Source: Candidatus Woesearchaeota archaeon
GTDB taxonomy: Archaea > Nanobdellota > Nanobdellia > SCGC-AAA011-G17 > ARS1178
DNA: 28,450 bases
Assembly (NCBI GenBank): GCA_964419915.1
Contig: CAYQQE010000001.1
Span: forward strand, 9,509 to 37,958
Direction of reading: 5' to 3'
Part shown: one piece after another, positions 28,002-28,450 of the stretch
Layout: each line of letters opens with the position of its first letter
Numbering within the stretch: the first letter of the stretch is position 1
Notes under the pieces: model-generated
Told to the model about the DNA's origin: nothing
Databases searched by the model: none
The model's input: only the letters and a program-made list of their open reading frames with translations
Program-made: the position numbers and the translations under genes

Positions 28002-28442
28002 ATGCCAATCATAGGATTCAATTTTGAAAAATTATATGTAGAAAGAATTAAAAACCCACAAGAAGTAAAAGGTCAAATCAATATAAAGAACAATACCAAA
28101 ATAACAGATATTGTAGAGGAAGATGTTCCTGATAGGAAAAAAGGAGGAGTTCTAAGATTTAGTTTTTCATATAATGCAATATACGAACCTACATTTGGTA
28201 AAATAACTATTAATGGGTTTTGTTTGTTTTTAGATAACACCAAAAATAATAAGGAAATTCTCGATAAATGGAAAAAAGACAAGGAATTAGACCAAAAGCT
28301 TATGATGCAAGTATTAAACTTCATATTAGCAAAATGCAATATAAAAGCCCTATCTTTATCCCAAGAGGTTAACTTACCACCACAAATTCCTTTACCAAAA
28401 TTAACAGCTAAGAAACAACAAGCAGAACAATATATAGGGTAA
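28002..28442 (+). CDS. Hypothetical protein, possibly SecB-like fold
   Basis: Four alternating beta-strand segments, then an amphipathic helix and a NLPPQIPLPKL tail. TTTAAATA at 27972-27979. Confidence 0.55.
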   Translation: MPIIGFNFEKLYVERIKNPQEVKGQINIKNNTKITDIVEEDVPDRKKGGVLRFSFSYNAIYEPTFGKITINGFCLFLDNTKNNKEILDKWKKDKELDQKLMMQVLNFILAKCNIKALSLSQEVNLPPQIPLPKLTAKKQQAEQYIG

Positions 28443-28450
28443 GCATATCC

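Noticed and set aside
7755-28339. Other nested antisense ORFs in the track (7755, 8609, 8760, 12111, 16592, 17062, 17373, 18631, 19227, 21389, 22040, 22906, 24961, 25916, 26611, 28073)
   Set aside because: Each lies largely opposite a confidently identified gene and has no recognisable features; expected from strong codon bias.

Overview
AT-rich, gene-dense archaeal chromosome segment, most consistent with a DPANN (Woesearchaeota/Pacearchaeota-like) genome; the lineage is inferred from gene content and protein style. Left end (1-5443, minus strand): a translationally coupled type IV pilus-like operon. It encodes a TadA/VirB11 ATPase, a large TadC/T2SSF membrane platform, a class III signal-peptide protein carrying a lysozyme-like (GH73/glucosaminidase-type) domain, and a Cys-rich pilin-like gene that runs off the window edge and is missing from the ORF track. 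Next come a divergent coiled-coil gene pair, three tandem paralogous membrane proteins and a PRC-barrel gene. The middle is mostly housekeeping: TraB family, a degenerate M50-like protease, split Hef helicase and XPF nuclease, ThpR, a ureohydrolase, M29 aminopeptidase, and OB-fold plus TctA-like genes. Right part: a cdc6-DP1-DP2 replication operon beside a ~600 bp intergenic region with inverted ORB-like repeats (candidate oriC), then a second PRC-barrel gene, LonB, ArgRS and a possible SecB-like protein. The most notable signal is an apparent peptidoglycan hydrolase built as a pilin inside the pilus operon of an archaeon. No rRNA, tRNA, CRISPR array or mobile element was recognised. All family calls come from motif recognition by eye; no database searches were run.
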